From: Candidatus Doudnabacteria bacterium RIFCSPHIGHO2_01_FULL_46_24
GTDB lineage: Bacteria > Patescibacteriota > Doudnabacteria > UBA920 > O2-02-FULL-48-8
Direction: 5' to 3'
Length of the DNA stretch: 64,000 nt
Assembly: GCA_001777575.1 (NCBI GenBank)
Contig: MFEL01000018.1
Coordinates: 8,264 to 72,263 of the forward strand
Shown: piece after piece, positions 10,120-20,398 of the stretch
Position numbering within the stretch: position 1 is the first letter of the stretch
How the letters are laid out: each line of letters opens with the position of its first letter
The notes under the pieces: model-generated
Told to the model about the DNA's origin: nothing
The model's input: only the letters and a program-made list of their open reading frames with translations
The model's database searches: none
Program-made: the position numbers and the translations under genes

Positions 10120-11382
10120 ATGCAATCAAAATGGTTCAAAAATTATGATCAGATTGCCACGAGCAAACAGCGGCAAGATTTGCTGGCCATTGCGGCGGCA
10201 GGTTTGGATGCGATCGATACGGAAAGCGTAATAAAAAATTATCTAAAAATTACGGATTACGAATTACGGATTAAAAATCAAACCTTTGACCTTAAAAAAT
10301 TCAAAAACATCAAAGTCATTGGGTTTGGCAAGGTTTCCTGCGCGGCGGCTGTGGCTTTGGAGCAAGCGCTTAAGGACAAAATCTCGGAAGGCATCGCGCT
10401 TGGTATTGAACCTATCTCCTGCGAAGTCATCCAGACTTACGGCGGCACCCATCCCCAGCCTTCCGAGCACAATGTTGAAATTTCCGGGCAAATTATGGAG
10501 TTGGCAAAAAATGCGACTGAAAACGACCTGGTCATCGTTGTGGTTTCCGGCGGCGGCTCGGCCCTGCTTTGCTACCCGCAAAACGAATGCGACCAGGGGC
10601 AAATTCTCTACCACCAATTTCTCAAGGGCGGAGGAACCATCGAGGAACTAAACACGGTTCGCAAGCATATTTCGCAACTCAAAGGCGGCGGATTGGCCAA
10701 ACTGCTTTATCCCGCCACAGTTATTGGCTTGATTTTTTCCGACATCCCGGGCGATGATTATTCGGAGGTCGCTTCTGGTCCGACTTTTTTTGACCCGACG
10801 ACAGTTGCCGATGCGGAACGGATCATCAAAAAATACGGTTTAAGCCGCTTTCAGCTTAACGAAACTCCCAAGGAGCAAAAATATTTCGAACAAGTCACCA
10901 ACATCCCTTTGGTGGCCAACAGCGACGCTTTGGAAGCCATGGCTGCCCAAAGCAAAGCTTTGGGCTATTCGCCTGCCATATTGTCCAATGAAATGTATGA
11001 CGAAGCGCCCATGCTGCTTACCAAAATGCGGGCAGCGCTGGCCAAAAATTCCCTGGTTTTGGCCGGGGGCGAGCCCAGGATGTTCGTCAGAGACGGATCC
11101 GCCTCTGGCGGGCGCAATCTTTATGTGAGCTTGCGCGCGGCCACGCAAATCCGAGCTGATGAATGCTTCCTGGCTCTGGCCTCGGATGGCTTGGACAATT
11201 CCGACGCCGCCGGCGCCATTGTGGACAAACAAACCCTAGACAAAATAAAAACCGCCAAGCTTGATGTCAAAGGGCATCTTCGCCACTTTGACGGCTATAA
11301 CTTTTTTAAGCAGCTTGACGAGCTCATCTTCACCGGACCCACACAAGCCAATGTCTCGGATTTATTTATTCTGCTGAAATAA
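10120..11382 (+). CDS. Glycerate kinase type 2 (DUF4147/MOFRL)
   Basis: 'GFGK', 'SGGGSALL', 'ELNTVRKHIS..KGGGLA', 'SDIPGDD...ASGPT', 'GGRN', 'TGPT..NVSD'. Confidence 0.92.
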   Translation: MQSKWFKNYDQIATSKQRQDLLAIAAAGLDAIDTESVIKNYLKITDYELRIKNQTFDLKKFKNIKVIGFGKVSCAAAVALEQALKDKISEGIALGIEPISCEVIQTYGGTHPQPSEHNVEISGQIMELAKNATENDLVIVVVSGGGSALLCYPQNECDQGQILYHQFLKGGGTIEELNTVRKHISQLKGGGLAKLLYPATVIGLIFSDIPGDDYSEVASGPTFFDPTTVADAERIIKKYGLSRFQLNETPKEQKYFEQVTNIPLVANSDALEAMAAQSKALGYSPAILSNEMYDEAPMLLTKMRAALAKNSLVLAGGEPRMFVRDGSASGGRNLYVSLRAATQIRADECFLALASDGLDNSDAAGAIVDKQTLDKIKTAKLDVKGHLRHFDGYNFFKQLDELIFTGPTQANVSDLFILLK

Positions 11383-11435
11383 ATATCAGCGTGACAACCA
11401 TTGAGCGATCGCATAGTGTTTGTCAAAAAATCTGA

Positions 11436-12740
11436 TTAATCATTCTTCATAAAAATTTCGTTTTCGAAAAGCCAATAGCGCAGGGCGGTAAAAAAGGGCA
11501 GCACGGACAGAAAATACCGCAAGTCAGCGGTCTTGCGGATGAGCCAGCCAAACAGGCCGTGGATGATCAGGTTGGGCGTGTACAAAATCGCGTACTTGCC
11601 GGACACGGGAATAACAAACCTCACCGGTCCGGAATGATACGGCAACAAGGGGCGTCCCTGCACCAAGCGATAAATGTTTTTGGCCGCGTGCCTGCCTTGA
11701 TGAATCGCTTCCTGGGCGGTTTGCGGCAGCGGCTTTTTGGTTTGGGGATCCAGGATGCAGGCGTCGTCGCCGGCCACAAAGACGTTCGGAAATTTTTTCA
11801 AATTCAAAAATTCCGTCGCGGCAGTGCGGTCTTTTTTATCGCGCTCCAAATCTTCCAAAACCGGCAGGCGGCAGGACCGCACTCCGCCGGTCCAGATCAG
11901 TAAATCGCAGGCAACCTGCTCTTTGTTGTTGAGTGTCAAAAAATCTTTTTCGGCATGAGTCAGCAAAGTCGAAAACCGGCCTTCTATCCCCAACCCTGCC
12001 AGCCTGGCTGCCACCAACTTGGAAACTTTCTCGGACAATCCCGGCAGATAATTAATTGCGCCCTCCACAATCATAATTTTGAAATTCTCCGGCTTTTTCC
12101 CGTGAGCCTTGCACTCGTGCTTAATTAAATTGCGCAACTCGCCGGCGAATTCCACTCCGGCAAACCCTCCGCCGCCGATAATTATCTGCCCTGAATCTTT
12201 CTTGCTAATTATATCCTCAATCCGGTTTCTTATCATGACCGCGTCTTCCAAGCTCTTGAGCGTAAATCCATACTTGTCCAATCCCGGAATGCCGTAGAAA
12301 TCGGCGATGCTGCCCAGCGCAATCAACAGATAATCAAAATACACCACGCGCGAATCAGTCATGATCTGGCCGTTTCCAAGATCAACTTTCTCGACAAATG
12401 CCTTAAACACCTTGACTGATCGCTTGCGAAAAATGTCCCCAAGCGGGATAGTCACGGTTTTCTTAACTTTCCTGGCGGCAATCTGCCGATGCTCGGTGGT
12501 GGCCGCCTCATACAGCGCAGCATGGTAGAGATGATAGTCATGCCGGTCAATCAAGACAATTTCGTATTCTGGATTGTCCCCGATATATTCGCTCAATGCC
12601 AAACTCGCCGACACGCCGGCAAAGCCGCCGCCTAAAATTACCACTCGTTTTTTTTCCTGATTTTGTTTCAATTTTGCTTTTCCAATCTTATTTATTATAT
12701 CACAAAATCTGATTTTTTTCAAGGAAAATATGCTTGCCAA
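11436..12740 (-). CDS. ndh: Type II NADH dehydrogenase-like FAD oxidoreductase (start uncertain)
   Basis: 'VVILGGGFAG', 'GGGFAGVEFAGEL', 'VFVAGD', 'PQTAQEAIHQG'. Confidence 0.85.
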   Translation of the reverse strand: MASIFSLKKIRFCDIINKIGKAKLKQNQEKKRVVILGGGFAGVSASLALSEYIGDNPEYEIVLIDRHDYHLYHAALYEAATTEHRQIAARKVKKTVTIPLGDIFRKRSVKVFKAFVEKVDLGNGQIMTDSRVVYFDYLLIALGSIADFYGIPGLDKYGFTLKSLEDAVMIRNRIEDIISKKDSGQIIIGGGGFAGVEFAGELRNLIKHECKAHGKKPENFKIMIVEGAINYLPGLSEKVSKLVAARLAGLGIEGRFSTLLTHAEKDFLTLNNKEQVACDLLIWTGGVRSCRLPVLEDLERDKKDRTAATEFLNLKKFPNVFVAGDDACILDPQTKKPLPQTAQEAIHQGRHAAKNIYRLVQGRPLLPYHSGPVRFVIPVSGKYAILYTPNLIIHGLFGWLIRKTADLRYFLSVLPFFTALRYWLFENEIFMKND

Positions 12741-13383
12741 GAGGTAAATTACCTAAGCGTAATTTGCCGATCCTGATACGCTTAAGATTCCGGACGGTGT
12801 AGCCGAAAACTGCAAACATTTTTCGTATCTGCCGCTTCCAGCCTTCGTGAATGGTTAAATAAACTGTCTGGCCATCAACTCGAGCCTTGGCCGGCGCGGT
12901 CCTGCGTCCATCAAGCACCACCCCGGTTTTGATTTTCTCTAATCTCGAATTACTAATCTCTTTATCCAGGATCACTTCATATTCTTTTTCGTGCTCAGCG
13001 GAGGGATGAGTCAGGCTTTGTGTCAACTCCCCATCATTGGTCAAAAGCAGCAAGCCTTCGGTGTTGAAATCCAGCCGGCCTATTGGCCAGACTTTGTTAC
13101 GCAATTCCGCGGGCAGCAAATCATAAACCGTCCGCCGTTTCTGCGGATCATGCCGCGTGGTCATGTATCGCTTGGGCTTGTTCAAGGCAAGATATATCAG
13201 ACTGCTTACTGTTATCTGTTTACTGTTTACTTCAACTCTGTCTCTTTCGGGATCAATCTTAGTCCCCAAGACACGAACGACCTGGCCATTGACTTTGACT
13301 TTCCCCGCCACAATCAACTCTTCCGCGTGTCGGCGTGACGCCGCACCTGCTCGGGAAATGTATTTTTGAAGTCGCTCAAGCAT
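12700..13383 (-). CDS. rRNA pseudouridine synthase, RsuA/RluB family
   Basis: S4 domain 'ERLQKYIS.AG.ASRR', 'NKP', 'GRLD..TEGLLLLTNDG', 'EG..RQIRKM'. Confidence 0.95.
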   Translation of the reverse strand: MLERLQKYISRAGAASRRHAEELIVAGKVKVNGQVVRVLGTKIDPERDRVEVNSKQITVSSLIYLALNKPKRYMTTRHDPQKRRTVYDLLPAELRNKVWPIGRLDFNTEGLLLLTNDGELTQSLTHPSAEHEKEYEVILDKEISNSRLEKIKTGVVLDGRRTAPAKARVDGQTVYLTIHEGWKRQIRKMFAVFGYTVRNLKRIRIGKLRLGNLPLGKHIFLEKNQIL

Positions 13384-13397
13384 GCTATGATTATACT

Positions 13398-13886
13398 ATG
13401 TTTCAACGATTTTGGGAGTGGTATCAACGCCACTACCTGCTCAACCTCTCCATCGCGACTTTCTTGTTCCTATTCCAACTATTCCATCTCTACTGGCTGT
13501 TTACTGACGTGGTCTTGATAAAAATAACCGGGCAGAGTTATTTTGCCTTCCCGAACATTTGGGGGATGATTTCAACTTTCCTTGATTATTCTGAAATCCC
13601 GGCCATAATTTCGACAAGTGTTCTGTACATACACTTGCTTCGACAAAAATGGGCCGCCAAAAATTTCCTTTACCTCTTATTCATCAACATCCAATGGATC
13701 CACATCCTTTGGATTACGGACGAGATAATCGTTGAACGGTTTGCCACTCACATCGAATTTTTTCATTGGCCGCTGGTTGCGGCCTGGCTGGCCATCGCGA
13801 TTGATTATTTCGAACTGCCGGTCATTTATGACACAGCCAAACGGCTTGTGAGGGAAATTAAAAAAAACAAAAAAATACCGAACTGA
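13398..13886 (+). CDS. Hypothetical multi-pass membrane protein
   Basis: About four hydrophobic segments; ATG 13398. Confidence 0.7.
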   Translation: MFQRFWEWYQRHYLLNLSIATFLFLFQLFHLYWLFTDVVLIKITGQSYFAFPNIWGMISTFLDYSEIPAIISTSVLYIHLLRQKWAAKNFLYLLFINIQWIHILWITDEIIVERFATHIEFFHWPLVAAWLAIAIDYFELPVIYDTAKRLVREIKKNKKIPN

Positions 13887-13897
13887 CTGGCAGTCGG

Positions 13898-14375
13898 TCA
13901 ATAGTAGAACAGGTAGTAACGACGCAGGCCGCGTATGTGTGCCTGATGGAGGATTTTGCCACCCGCCCAGACGGTCACGCGCAGCGGGTAGTAGCGGTAC
14001 GGCAAGATCTTCCAGAGCCGCCGCGATTCGATCTCGCAGTTGGCTTCAACTACCTGCTGGAACCACCCGATACAGACGGGGATAACAAAGTAGTGCTCCC
14101 CGTTAAAGCGGTGGACGATTGGGCCGCAGACAAACTGCGATCCGAGCAGGCGCAGGAGCTCACTATAAATGAGCTCTAAGGCGAATCGGTCCTTGCGGGT
14201 AACAAGCCCTCGCAGAGCTTTCTCAAGCTCTTGGTCCAAGGGCCGAAATATGGCCTCCCACAGCCTCCGGAGCCTGTTGCCACGCGGGGTGTGCGTGTTG
14301 GCGGGCCCTGGCTACGGCGCTGATTACGCGGAATATTTCTGACGGCTGCCGTTCGGCGATGTCGTCAGTCATCAT
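13898..14375 (-). pseudogene. Orphan gene, apparently frameshifted
   Basis: AAGGAGG-led ATG at 14375 stops after ~50 codons; a second frame carries 'RLRRLWEAIFRPLDQELEKAL...' to 13898. Confidence 0.4.
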
Positions 14376-14442
14376 TGTCAGGCCTCCTTCTCGTTCACTT
14401 ACAAGTTAAAAATACCAAAATCCCGAAACGCCGTCAAAGCTA

Positions 14443-14471
14443 TTGAAAAAAACACAAAAAATCTGTATAAT
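14443..14471 (+). promoter_or_regulatory. Promoter of tRNA-Lys
   Basis: TTGAAA-17nt-TATAAT. Confidence 0.65.
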
Positions 14472-14484
14472 GTCTGAGTTACGA

Positions 14485-14561
14485 GGGTCCGTAGCTCAGC
14501 CTGGTAGAGCACCTGCCTTTTAAGCAGAGGGTCGAGCGTTCGAATCGCTCCGGACCCACCA
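14485..14561 (+). tRNA. tRNA-Lys(UUU)
   Basis: GGGTCCG/CGGACCC acceptor stem, anticodon loop CTTTTAA, GTTCGAATC T-loop, encoded CCA. Confidence 0.96.
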
Positions 14562-14568
14562 AAGAATA

Positions 14569-14901
14569 ATGATAACTTACAGCGATTTTGAAAAAATTGA
14601 CATCCGAGTCGGCAAGATTCTCCAAGTGGATGACTTTCCAGAAGCTCATAATCCTTTATATAAGCTAATAATTGATTTCGGCTCGGAGATTGGCATCAAG
14701 AAATCCGCCGGGCAATTCGTGGCCAAATACTCCAAAAATTTTCTTTTGGGCAGGCGAGTGGCTTGCGTCCTCAACTTTCCGCCTAAACAAATCGGCCCGT
14801 TTGTTTCCGAAGTCCTGACTTTGGGCTTTCCTGATAAAGATGGCCAGGCCATAATTATTACGCCCACGGAAGAAGTTCCTCTGGGCGGCAAATTATTCTA
14901 A
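14569..14901 (+). CDS. csaA: tRNA-binding/export chaperone CsaA (Trbp111-like)
   Basis: 'DFEKIDIRVGKI', 'IDFG.EIG.KKS', 'NFPPKQIGPF.SEVLTLG'. Confidence 0.9.
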   Translation: MITYSDFEKIDIRVGKILQVDDFPEAHNPLYKLIIDFGSEIGIKKSAGQFVAKYSKNFLLGRRVACVLNFPPKQIGPFVSEVLTLGFPDKDGQAIIITPTEEVPLGGKLF

Positions 14902-14927
14902 CATGCTTAACCTTCATCAAAACTCCT

Positions 14928-15051
14928 GCCAGGTACCGCTAAACTGGTACCTGGCGCCGAGCAAATCACCTTACCCTAACGGTAAGTGATTTGCGCTTGA
15001 GATCTTCAAACTCAAATCCCTGGCCATTAGGGCCAGGGATTTACTTTTTTT
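14928..15051 (+). promoter_or_regulatory. Four-hairpin leader ending in a terminator-like stem just before the proC-like RBS
   Basis: Stems 14928-14955, 14961-14994, 14997-15015, 15014-15042, then T7 and GAGGAGG. Confidence 0.55.
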
Positions 15052-15067
15052 GAGGAGGAACAATCTG

Positions 15068-15859
15068 ATGGACAAGCTCTCGATCGCAGTTGTGGGAGCA
15101 GGCAAGCTCGGGCGGCTGATCATCCACCGCCTGCTCACTCATGTTGATCCGGCAAGCATCCACCTCTGCCGCAAAGATCCAAACCGGCTCGGCGAACTTG
15201 CACAGGAATTTCCAGGCTGCCGCGTGCATACAAACGCCCAAGCAGCCGTAGACCGATCCGGTGTGGCTATTCTGGCAGTCAAACCTCCTGATCTGGGCCC
15301 GCTTGCGGCAATGCTTGGTTTCAACGGCCAAGCCGTGCTGTCGCTGATCACGGGCAAATCGTTTGGGACACTGATTAGCACGCTTGGCACCACCAATCTG
15401 GTGCGAGCCTCCACCAGCATCCTGCTGGAAACCGGCTCGGCGCAAACAACCTGGATGGCGCATCCGCAAGTTGAAACGCATTCGCTTAGCGTTTGCTTGC
15501 GGATCATGAAAGAGTGGGGCGAGCTGACAGAAGCGCAAACCGAGCATGACTTAGCTGTGACTATTGTCAGCTCCGGTGCGCTGCCGGGCATCTTGGCAAC
15601 GGACTTGCTCGATTATGTATATGCGCTCCAAGCTCTGGGAGAACAGAACGCGGAACAAAAAACGCTGCGAACCCTCAAGGTTCTCTGTGAGCAATGCCTG
15701 GAAAAAAACTGCTCTCTGGAGTCCAAAGTCAGCCAGGTCAAAACTCCAGGCGGCATCACAATCGCGGCAACCGATGTGCTGGAGCAAGCCAACCACCAAA
15801 CCACGATTGCCGAGGCGCTCCAAGCTTCCTTAAGCCGCGTCTATGAGCTTGATGGGTAG
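15068..15859 (+). CDS. proC: Pyrroline-5-carboxylate reductase-like protein (divergent)
   Basis: 'VVGAGKLG', 'ILAVKP', 'SSGALPG', 'VKTPGGITIAA'. Confidence 0.75.
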   Translation: MDKLSIAVVGAGKLGRLIIHRLLTHVDPASIHLCRKDPNRLGELAQEFPGCRVHTNAQAAVDRSGVAILAVKPPDLGPLAAMLGFNGQAVLSLITGKSFGTLISTLGTTNLVRASTSILLETGSAQTTWMAHPQVETHSLSVCLRIMKEWGELTEAQTEHDLAVTIVSSGALPGILATDLLDYVYALQALGEQNAEQKTLRTLKVLCEQCLEKNCSLESKVSQVKTPGGITIAATDVLEQANHQTTIAEALQASLSRVYELDG

Positions 15860-15924
15860 CTTGTTCCATCTTTAGAAGACCGCCCCCGTGGTCTTCTTTT
15901 TATTTTGCGAAACAAAACAGAGCA

Positions 15925-15945
15925 TGTGGAGGATGCCCCTCCACA
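15925..15945. repeat. Single arm of family A palindromic element just after the dnaJ stop
   Basis: TGTGGAGGATGCCCCTCCACA. Confidence 0.75.
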
Positions 15946-15948
15946 ATT

Positions 15949-17070
15949 TTACCAAAACCAATTGCTGGCGTCGACATTCTTGCCGGACTCTTCGGCGAGT
16001 TTTTTGAAGAGTTCTTTTTCTTTCTTGGACAATTTTGTGGGCGTAACCACGCGCACGGTGACCAGGTGGTCGCCGCGGCCGGATGATCGCAGATGCGGCA
16101 CACCTTTACTTTTGAGCCGAAAAATTTTGGCAGACTGGGTGCCGGCGGGAATCTTGAGCTCAACCTTGCCGTCCACAGTTTCAATTTCCGCAATAGCGCC
16201 CAACGCCGCCTGGTAGAAACTAATCGGAATTTCCGAAAGGATATTATCTCCTTCCCGCACGAAATTTGGGTGGGGTTTGACTTTGATGCGCAAATACAAA
16301 TCGCCAAAACCGGAGCCTTTGTAGCCTGCCTCGCCTTCGCCGGCAATCCGGATGCGCTGCCCATCATCAATGCCTGCCGGAATTTTTACCTTTAGCTTTT
16401 TGGTCCGGCGCATTATCCCTTGACCCTGGCACTTGGAACAAACCCGCTCCGGCACTTTGCCGCTGCCCTCGCATTCATCGCAGGCGGAAACTTGCGACAT
16501 TTGGCCAAAAATCGTGCTCCGCGAAATTCGAATTTGCCCCTGGCCGTGGCAGCGGGGACAGGTGGAAATTTTGCTGCCTGGTTCGGCGCCCGAGCCTTTG
16601 CAGTTGAGGCAGGTGTCTTTTTTGTCCAAAGAAATCTCCAGCTCCTTGCCAAATACTGCATCCTTGAAATCAATATTCAGCTCCATTTCCAAATCCACGC
16701 CGCGCTCGCGGCGGGCTTGAGTACGAGTGCTACCGCCAAAAATGTCGGAAAACATGTCAAAGGCATCCTCAAACTCGAAACCGCCGGTGTTGCCAAAGCC
16801 TCTGGTAAAATCGCTGAAATCGAAACCGCCAGCAAATCCGCCGCCGCCTCGCCGCGCCTGGTCAAAAGTCGTGCCAAACTGGTCGTATTGCTTGCGTTTC
16901 TCCGGGTCAGACAAAACCTGGTAAGCTTCGCTGACTTCTTTGAATTTCTGCTCATTGCCCTTGTGCTTGTCCGGATGGTGCTCGTGCGCCAAACGGCGAT
17001 ACGCCCGCTTGATGTCATCAGCCGACGCACTCTTGGGCAGGCCTAATGTTGAATAATAATCTTGCGCCAT
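15949..17070 (-). CDS. dnaJ: Chaperone DnaJ
   Basis: J-domain HPD, G/F region, four CxxCxGxG repeats. Confidence 0.98.
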   Translation of the reverse strand: MAQDYYSTLGLPKSASADDIKRAYRRLAHEHHPDKHKGNEQKFKEVSEAYQVLSDPEKRKQYDQFGTTFDQARRGGGGFAGGFDFSDFTRGFGNTGGFEFEDAFDMFSDIFGGSTRTQARRERGVDLEMELNIDFKDAVFGKELEISLDKKDTCLNCKGSGAEPGSKISTCPRCHGQGQIRISRSTIFGQMSQVSACDECEGSGKVPERVCSKCQGQGIMRRTKKLKVKIPAGIDDGQRIRIAGEGEAGYKGSGFGDLYLRIKVKPHPNFVREGDNILSEIPISFYQAALGAIAEIETVDGKVELKIPAGTQSAKIFRLKSKGVPHLRSSGRGDHLVTVRVVTPTKLSKKEKELFKKLAEESGKNVDASNWFW

Positions 17071-17078
17071 AAAAATTG

Positions 17079-17179
17079 TGATACGAATTTGCGAATCTTA
17101 TGCGAATACTGCAAATATGCTAATCTTGGTCTTTATCCGCATATCCGTAGATTCGCATTTCATTCGTTGATCCGCATCA
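17079..17179. repeat. Intergenic inverted-repeat element (TGATACGAAT...ATCCGCATCA), copy 1
   Basis: Similar to 18414-18496. Confidence 0.7.
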
Positions 17180-18103
17180 TATCTCCAGTTTTTCCACCTC
17201 CACCTGGACCTTGGAAATTCTAAAAAAATTAACAGCTACCAGCACTTTAAACAACAGCCAGCCGACAAGCATTGCCAGCCAATGAAGCACAAACGTCAAT
17301 GTCCGCAATAATGCCAATACCGCTACGGTGAAAATCAAAGGGAAAAACTTCTGGAACCCAGCCAGGGCATCCTTGAGCTTGCCGACCACGGCGCGGGCGA
17401 AAATAACGCTCAGCTTCTCATCCCCTCGCCCCTCCAAATTGAACTGCTGGAAGAACTGGGTGCGGCCCACAGCCAGCAATTGTTCCTGTTGAGCCCTGGT
17501 GGCGCGGGCAAAATCCGGACTTTGCTCGCTGACCTGAGCGATCAAAAATTCGTCGAGGGTTTGCTCTAAATTCAAGTCACTCGGCAAGGTGTTGTCGAGG
17601 TAAGGCAGCGTATGCGCCACTGACGTTTCCAATCGACCATAAAATTCCTCCGGGTCCTGGTTAAACTGCGTGCTGGTGCTGTAATAGAGATTAAAGCCAA
17701 ACATCAGCAGCAGAGCGTAAATCGCGGGCATAATGCCGCTGCCCATAACGCGGCGGATGGAAAAACTGGCCCGGGCCTTTTCTTCGCTTTTGATATGCTG
17801 GAAAACCAAGGCTTGCAGAAGAAAAAACGCGAGCCCGCCCAGCCAGACAAATATACTGGCCGGCGCTATGATGAGATATCCAAGCAATCCCGCTACTGTG
17901 AAAATCGAGAAAATCCGCCAGCTGGCGCTGACCATATAAAAAAAGCTAAGCAGGCTGATACCTAAACTCCCGACAATGACGGGCAGAGCCCAAGCGGCCA
18001 ACGGCTTGCCTTGGTTGAGGTTTAAGATAATGAGCCAAAATTCCAACAGCAGTAACAAAAACGCCAGCGCTGCCAGGATTGCAAGTTTTGTTTTTTTCAT
18101 CAT
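17177..18103 (-). CDS. Hypothetical multi-pass membrane protein within the dnaK operon
   Basis: About 6-7 hydrophobic segments and one soluble loop. Confidence 0.75.
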   Translation of the reverse strand: MMKKTKLAILAALAFLLLLLEFWLIILNLNQGKPLAAWALPVIVGSLGISLLSFFYMVSASWRIFSIFTVAGLLGYLIIAPASIFVWLGGLAFFLLQALVFQHIKSEEKARASFSIRRVMGSGIMPAIYALLLMFGFNLYYSTSTQFNQDPEEFYGRLETSVAHTLPYLDNTLPSDLNLEQTLDEFLIAQVSEQSPDFARATRAQQEQLLAVGRTQFFQQFNLEGRGDEKLSVIFARAVVGKLKDALAGFQKFFPLIFTVAVLALLRTLTFVLHWLAMLVGWLLFKVLVAVNFFRISKVQVEVEKLEI

Positions 18104-18115
18104 TTTTGAGATTAA

Positions 18116-18406
18116 CTACCCCTCAGTTCGGAAGCCGATTTCCTGAGCCGGCGCCGAAGCCTCTTTGACGGTTCCAAACTGCCCTTCGTACCGTTTCAAA
18201 TTCTCCGCCAGCGCGGCAATGATCCGCTTGATATGTCCGGGGCTCGTGATAACGCGACTGACGACTATCCCCTGTGGCGGCAGGACATTCATAAAGTCAA
18301 GCACGAACTCCTCTTGGGTGTGCGTGATCATCATCATGTTCGCATACTGCCCCTTCAGCACTTCGTCCGAGATTTTGATATTGATATTTTGTTGATTGTC
18401 TGGCAT
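18116..18406 (-). CDS. DUF3467 family protein
   Basis: 'LKGQYANMMMITHTQEEFVLDF...VVSRVITSPGHIKR'. Confidence 0.85.
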   Translation of the reverse strand: MPDNQQNINIKISDEVLKGQYANMMMITHTQEEFVLDFMNVLPPQGIVVSRVITSPGHIKRIIAALAENLKRYEGQFGTVKEASAPAQEIGFRTEG

Positions 18407-18413
18407 AAAATTT

Positions 18414-18496
18414 GTGATACGAATCTGCGGATATTATGCGAATCTGGCCAATATGCAAATCTCAAAGATTGACATTGATTCGCCGATCCGCATCAC
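18414..18496. repeat. Intergenic inverted-repeat element, copy 2
   Basis: GTGATACGAATCTGCGGAT...ATCCGCATCAC. Confidence 0.7.
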
Positions 18497-18502
18497 GCTT
18501 AA

Positions 18503-20362
18503 TTATTTCTTATCACTCACATCTTTGAACTCCGCATCCACCGGCCCTTTATCTGTTTCCTGTTTGCTGTTTTCTGCTTCCTGGCCAGAGGGTTGGGCCT
18601 GAGAATACATGGCCGTCCCGACCTTTTGGATGCTGGCGGAGAGTTCATCCATGGCTTTTTTGATCGCGGCAGAATCATCTTTGTCTTTCACGGCCTTCAA
18701 AGCTTCAATCTTATCATTGACCTCTTTCTTGTCAGCGTCACTAACCTTATCGCCGGCGTCTTTCAAAGTCCGCTCTGACACGGCAATCAAAGTGTCGGCC
18801 TGGTTGTGCGCATCAATCGTCTCCTTGCGTTTGCGGTCTTCCTCGGCATGCATTTCTGCTTCTTTCTTCATCTTTTCGATTTCATCTTTGGAGAGGTTGG
18901 ATGAGCCGGTAATGCTGATTTTTTGCGATTTGCCCGTGCCCTTATCCTTGGCCGTGACGTGCAAAATGCCGTTGACATCAATGTCAAACGTGACTTCAAT
19001 CTGCGGCACTCCTCTGGGTGCCGGCGGAAGGCCGTCCAAATGGAACCGGCCCAGCGACTTATTGTCCGCGGCCATTGGCCGCTCGCCCTGGACCACGTGG
19101 ATTTCCACGGAAGTCTGGCTGTCCGCGGCCGTGGAGAAGACTTGCGATTTGGAAGTTGGGATAGTGGTGTTGCGATCAATCAAAGGCGTGGCCACGCTGC
19201 CCAAAGTTTCTATGCCCAGAGTCAGGGGGGTGACGTCCAGGAGCAAAATTTCCTTGCCGGAAACGTCGCCGGAGAGCACGCCAGCTTGGATCGCCGCGCC
19301 CTTGGCCACGGCTTCCATGGGATCAATGCCGTGCTCGACTTGCTTGCCGATATAGCTTTCCACGAATTTGGCAACCACGGGCATGCGCGTCGGGCCGCCG
19401 ACCAGAATAATTTTGCCGATCCCGGAGGGAGTCAGTTTGGCGTCATTTAGCGCCTGCTCCACCGGGTGCTTCATGCGCTCCACAATCGGCTTGACCAGTT
19501 CCTCGAGCTTGGAGCGGGTAATTTTTAGATTCAAATGCTTGGGGCCGGAGCTGTCCGCAGAAATGAATGGCAGGTTCAAATCTGTTTCCAAAACAGTCGA
19601 AAGTTCGATCTTGGCTTTTTCCACGGCTTCCCGCACGCGGTTCATGGCCATCTTGTCGGCGTTTAAGTCTAGGCCGGTTTCCCGCTTGAATTCTTCGGCC
19701 ACATAATTAATCAGCGCCGCATCCATGTCCTTGCCGCCCAATTGCGTGTCGCCGGAAGTTGACAGCACTTCAAAAGTCGCCTGTCCGCCCTCTTCGCCGA
19801 AATCCATGATGGTCACGTCCAGGGTGCCACCGCCCAAATCAAAGACCAGGATTTTTTGTTCCTGATGTGACTTGTCAATGCCATAAGCAAACGCAGCCGC
19901 GGTCGGCTCATTGATGACCCGCGCCACTTCCAGGCCCGCGATTTCACCCGCGTTTTTGGTGGCCTGCCGCTGGCTGTCGTCAAAATAAGCCGGAACCGTG
20001 ATCACAGCCTTAGCCACTGGCTGGCCCAAAAACGCTTCCGCGTCTTTTTTTATTTTCTGCAGCAAAAATCCCGACAGCTGCTCAGGCGTGTAGTCTTTGC
20101 CATTGAGCGTAAATTTTTGTTTGGTGCCCATTTTGCGCTTAAACTCAAAAGCCGTGCCGTCCGGATTGGTCACTGCCTGCCTTCTGGCCGGCTCGCCAAC
20201 CAGAAGCTGGTTATCCTTAGTGAACGCCACATAAGACGGGAAAGCCTTGCCCGAAGCAGTCTGGCCTTCGGCCGACGGAATAATCACCGCTGAGCCCGCT
20301 TCCATAACCGAAGCCGCGCTGTTCGATGTTCCCAAATCGATCCCAATGATTTTATTTGCCAT
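18503..20362 (-). CDS. dnaK: Chaperone DnaK
   Basis: '[10 protein letters not shown]', 'VITVPAYF', 'DLGGGT.D', '[14 protein letters not shown]'. Confidence 0.99.
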   Translation of the reverse strand: MANKIIGIDLGTSNSAASVMEAGSAVIIPSAEGQTASGKAFPSYVAFTKDNQLLVGEPARRQAVTNPDGTAFEFKRKMGTKQKFTLNGKDYTPEQLSGFLLQKIKKDAEAFLGQPVAKAVITVPAYFDDSQRQATKNAGEIAGLEVARVINEPTAAAFAYGIDKSHQEQKILVFDLGGGTLDVTIMDFGEEGGQATFEVLSTSGDTQLGGKDMDAALINYVAEEFKRETGLDLNADKMAMNRVREAVEKAKIELSTVLETDLNLPFISADSSGPKHLNLKITRSKLEELVKPIVERMKHPVEQALNDAKLTPSGIGKIILVGGPTRMPVVAKFVESYIGKQVEHGIDPMEAVAKGAAIQAGVLSGDVSGKEILLLDVTPLTLGIETLGSVATPLIDRNTTIPTSKSQVFSTAADSQTSVEIHVVQGERPMAADNKSLGRFHLDGLPPAPRGVPQIEVTFDIDVNGILHVTAKDKGTGKSQKISITGSSNLSKDEIEKMKKEAEMHAEEDRKRKETIDAHNQADTLIAVSERTLKDAGDKVSDADKKEVNDKIEALKAVKDKDDSAAIKKAMDELSASIQKVGTAMYSQAQPSGQEAENSKQETDKGPVDAEFKDVSDKK

Positions 20363-20398
20363 ATTTTTATCCTTTCTTTAATCTTTTAACTTTAATCT

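Noticed and set aside
14928-15051. T-box riboswitch upstream of the proC-like gene
   Set aside because: GGTACC is present, but the T-box consensus context and a Stem I with specifier loop are not recognisable, and the region is short.
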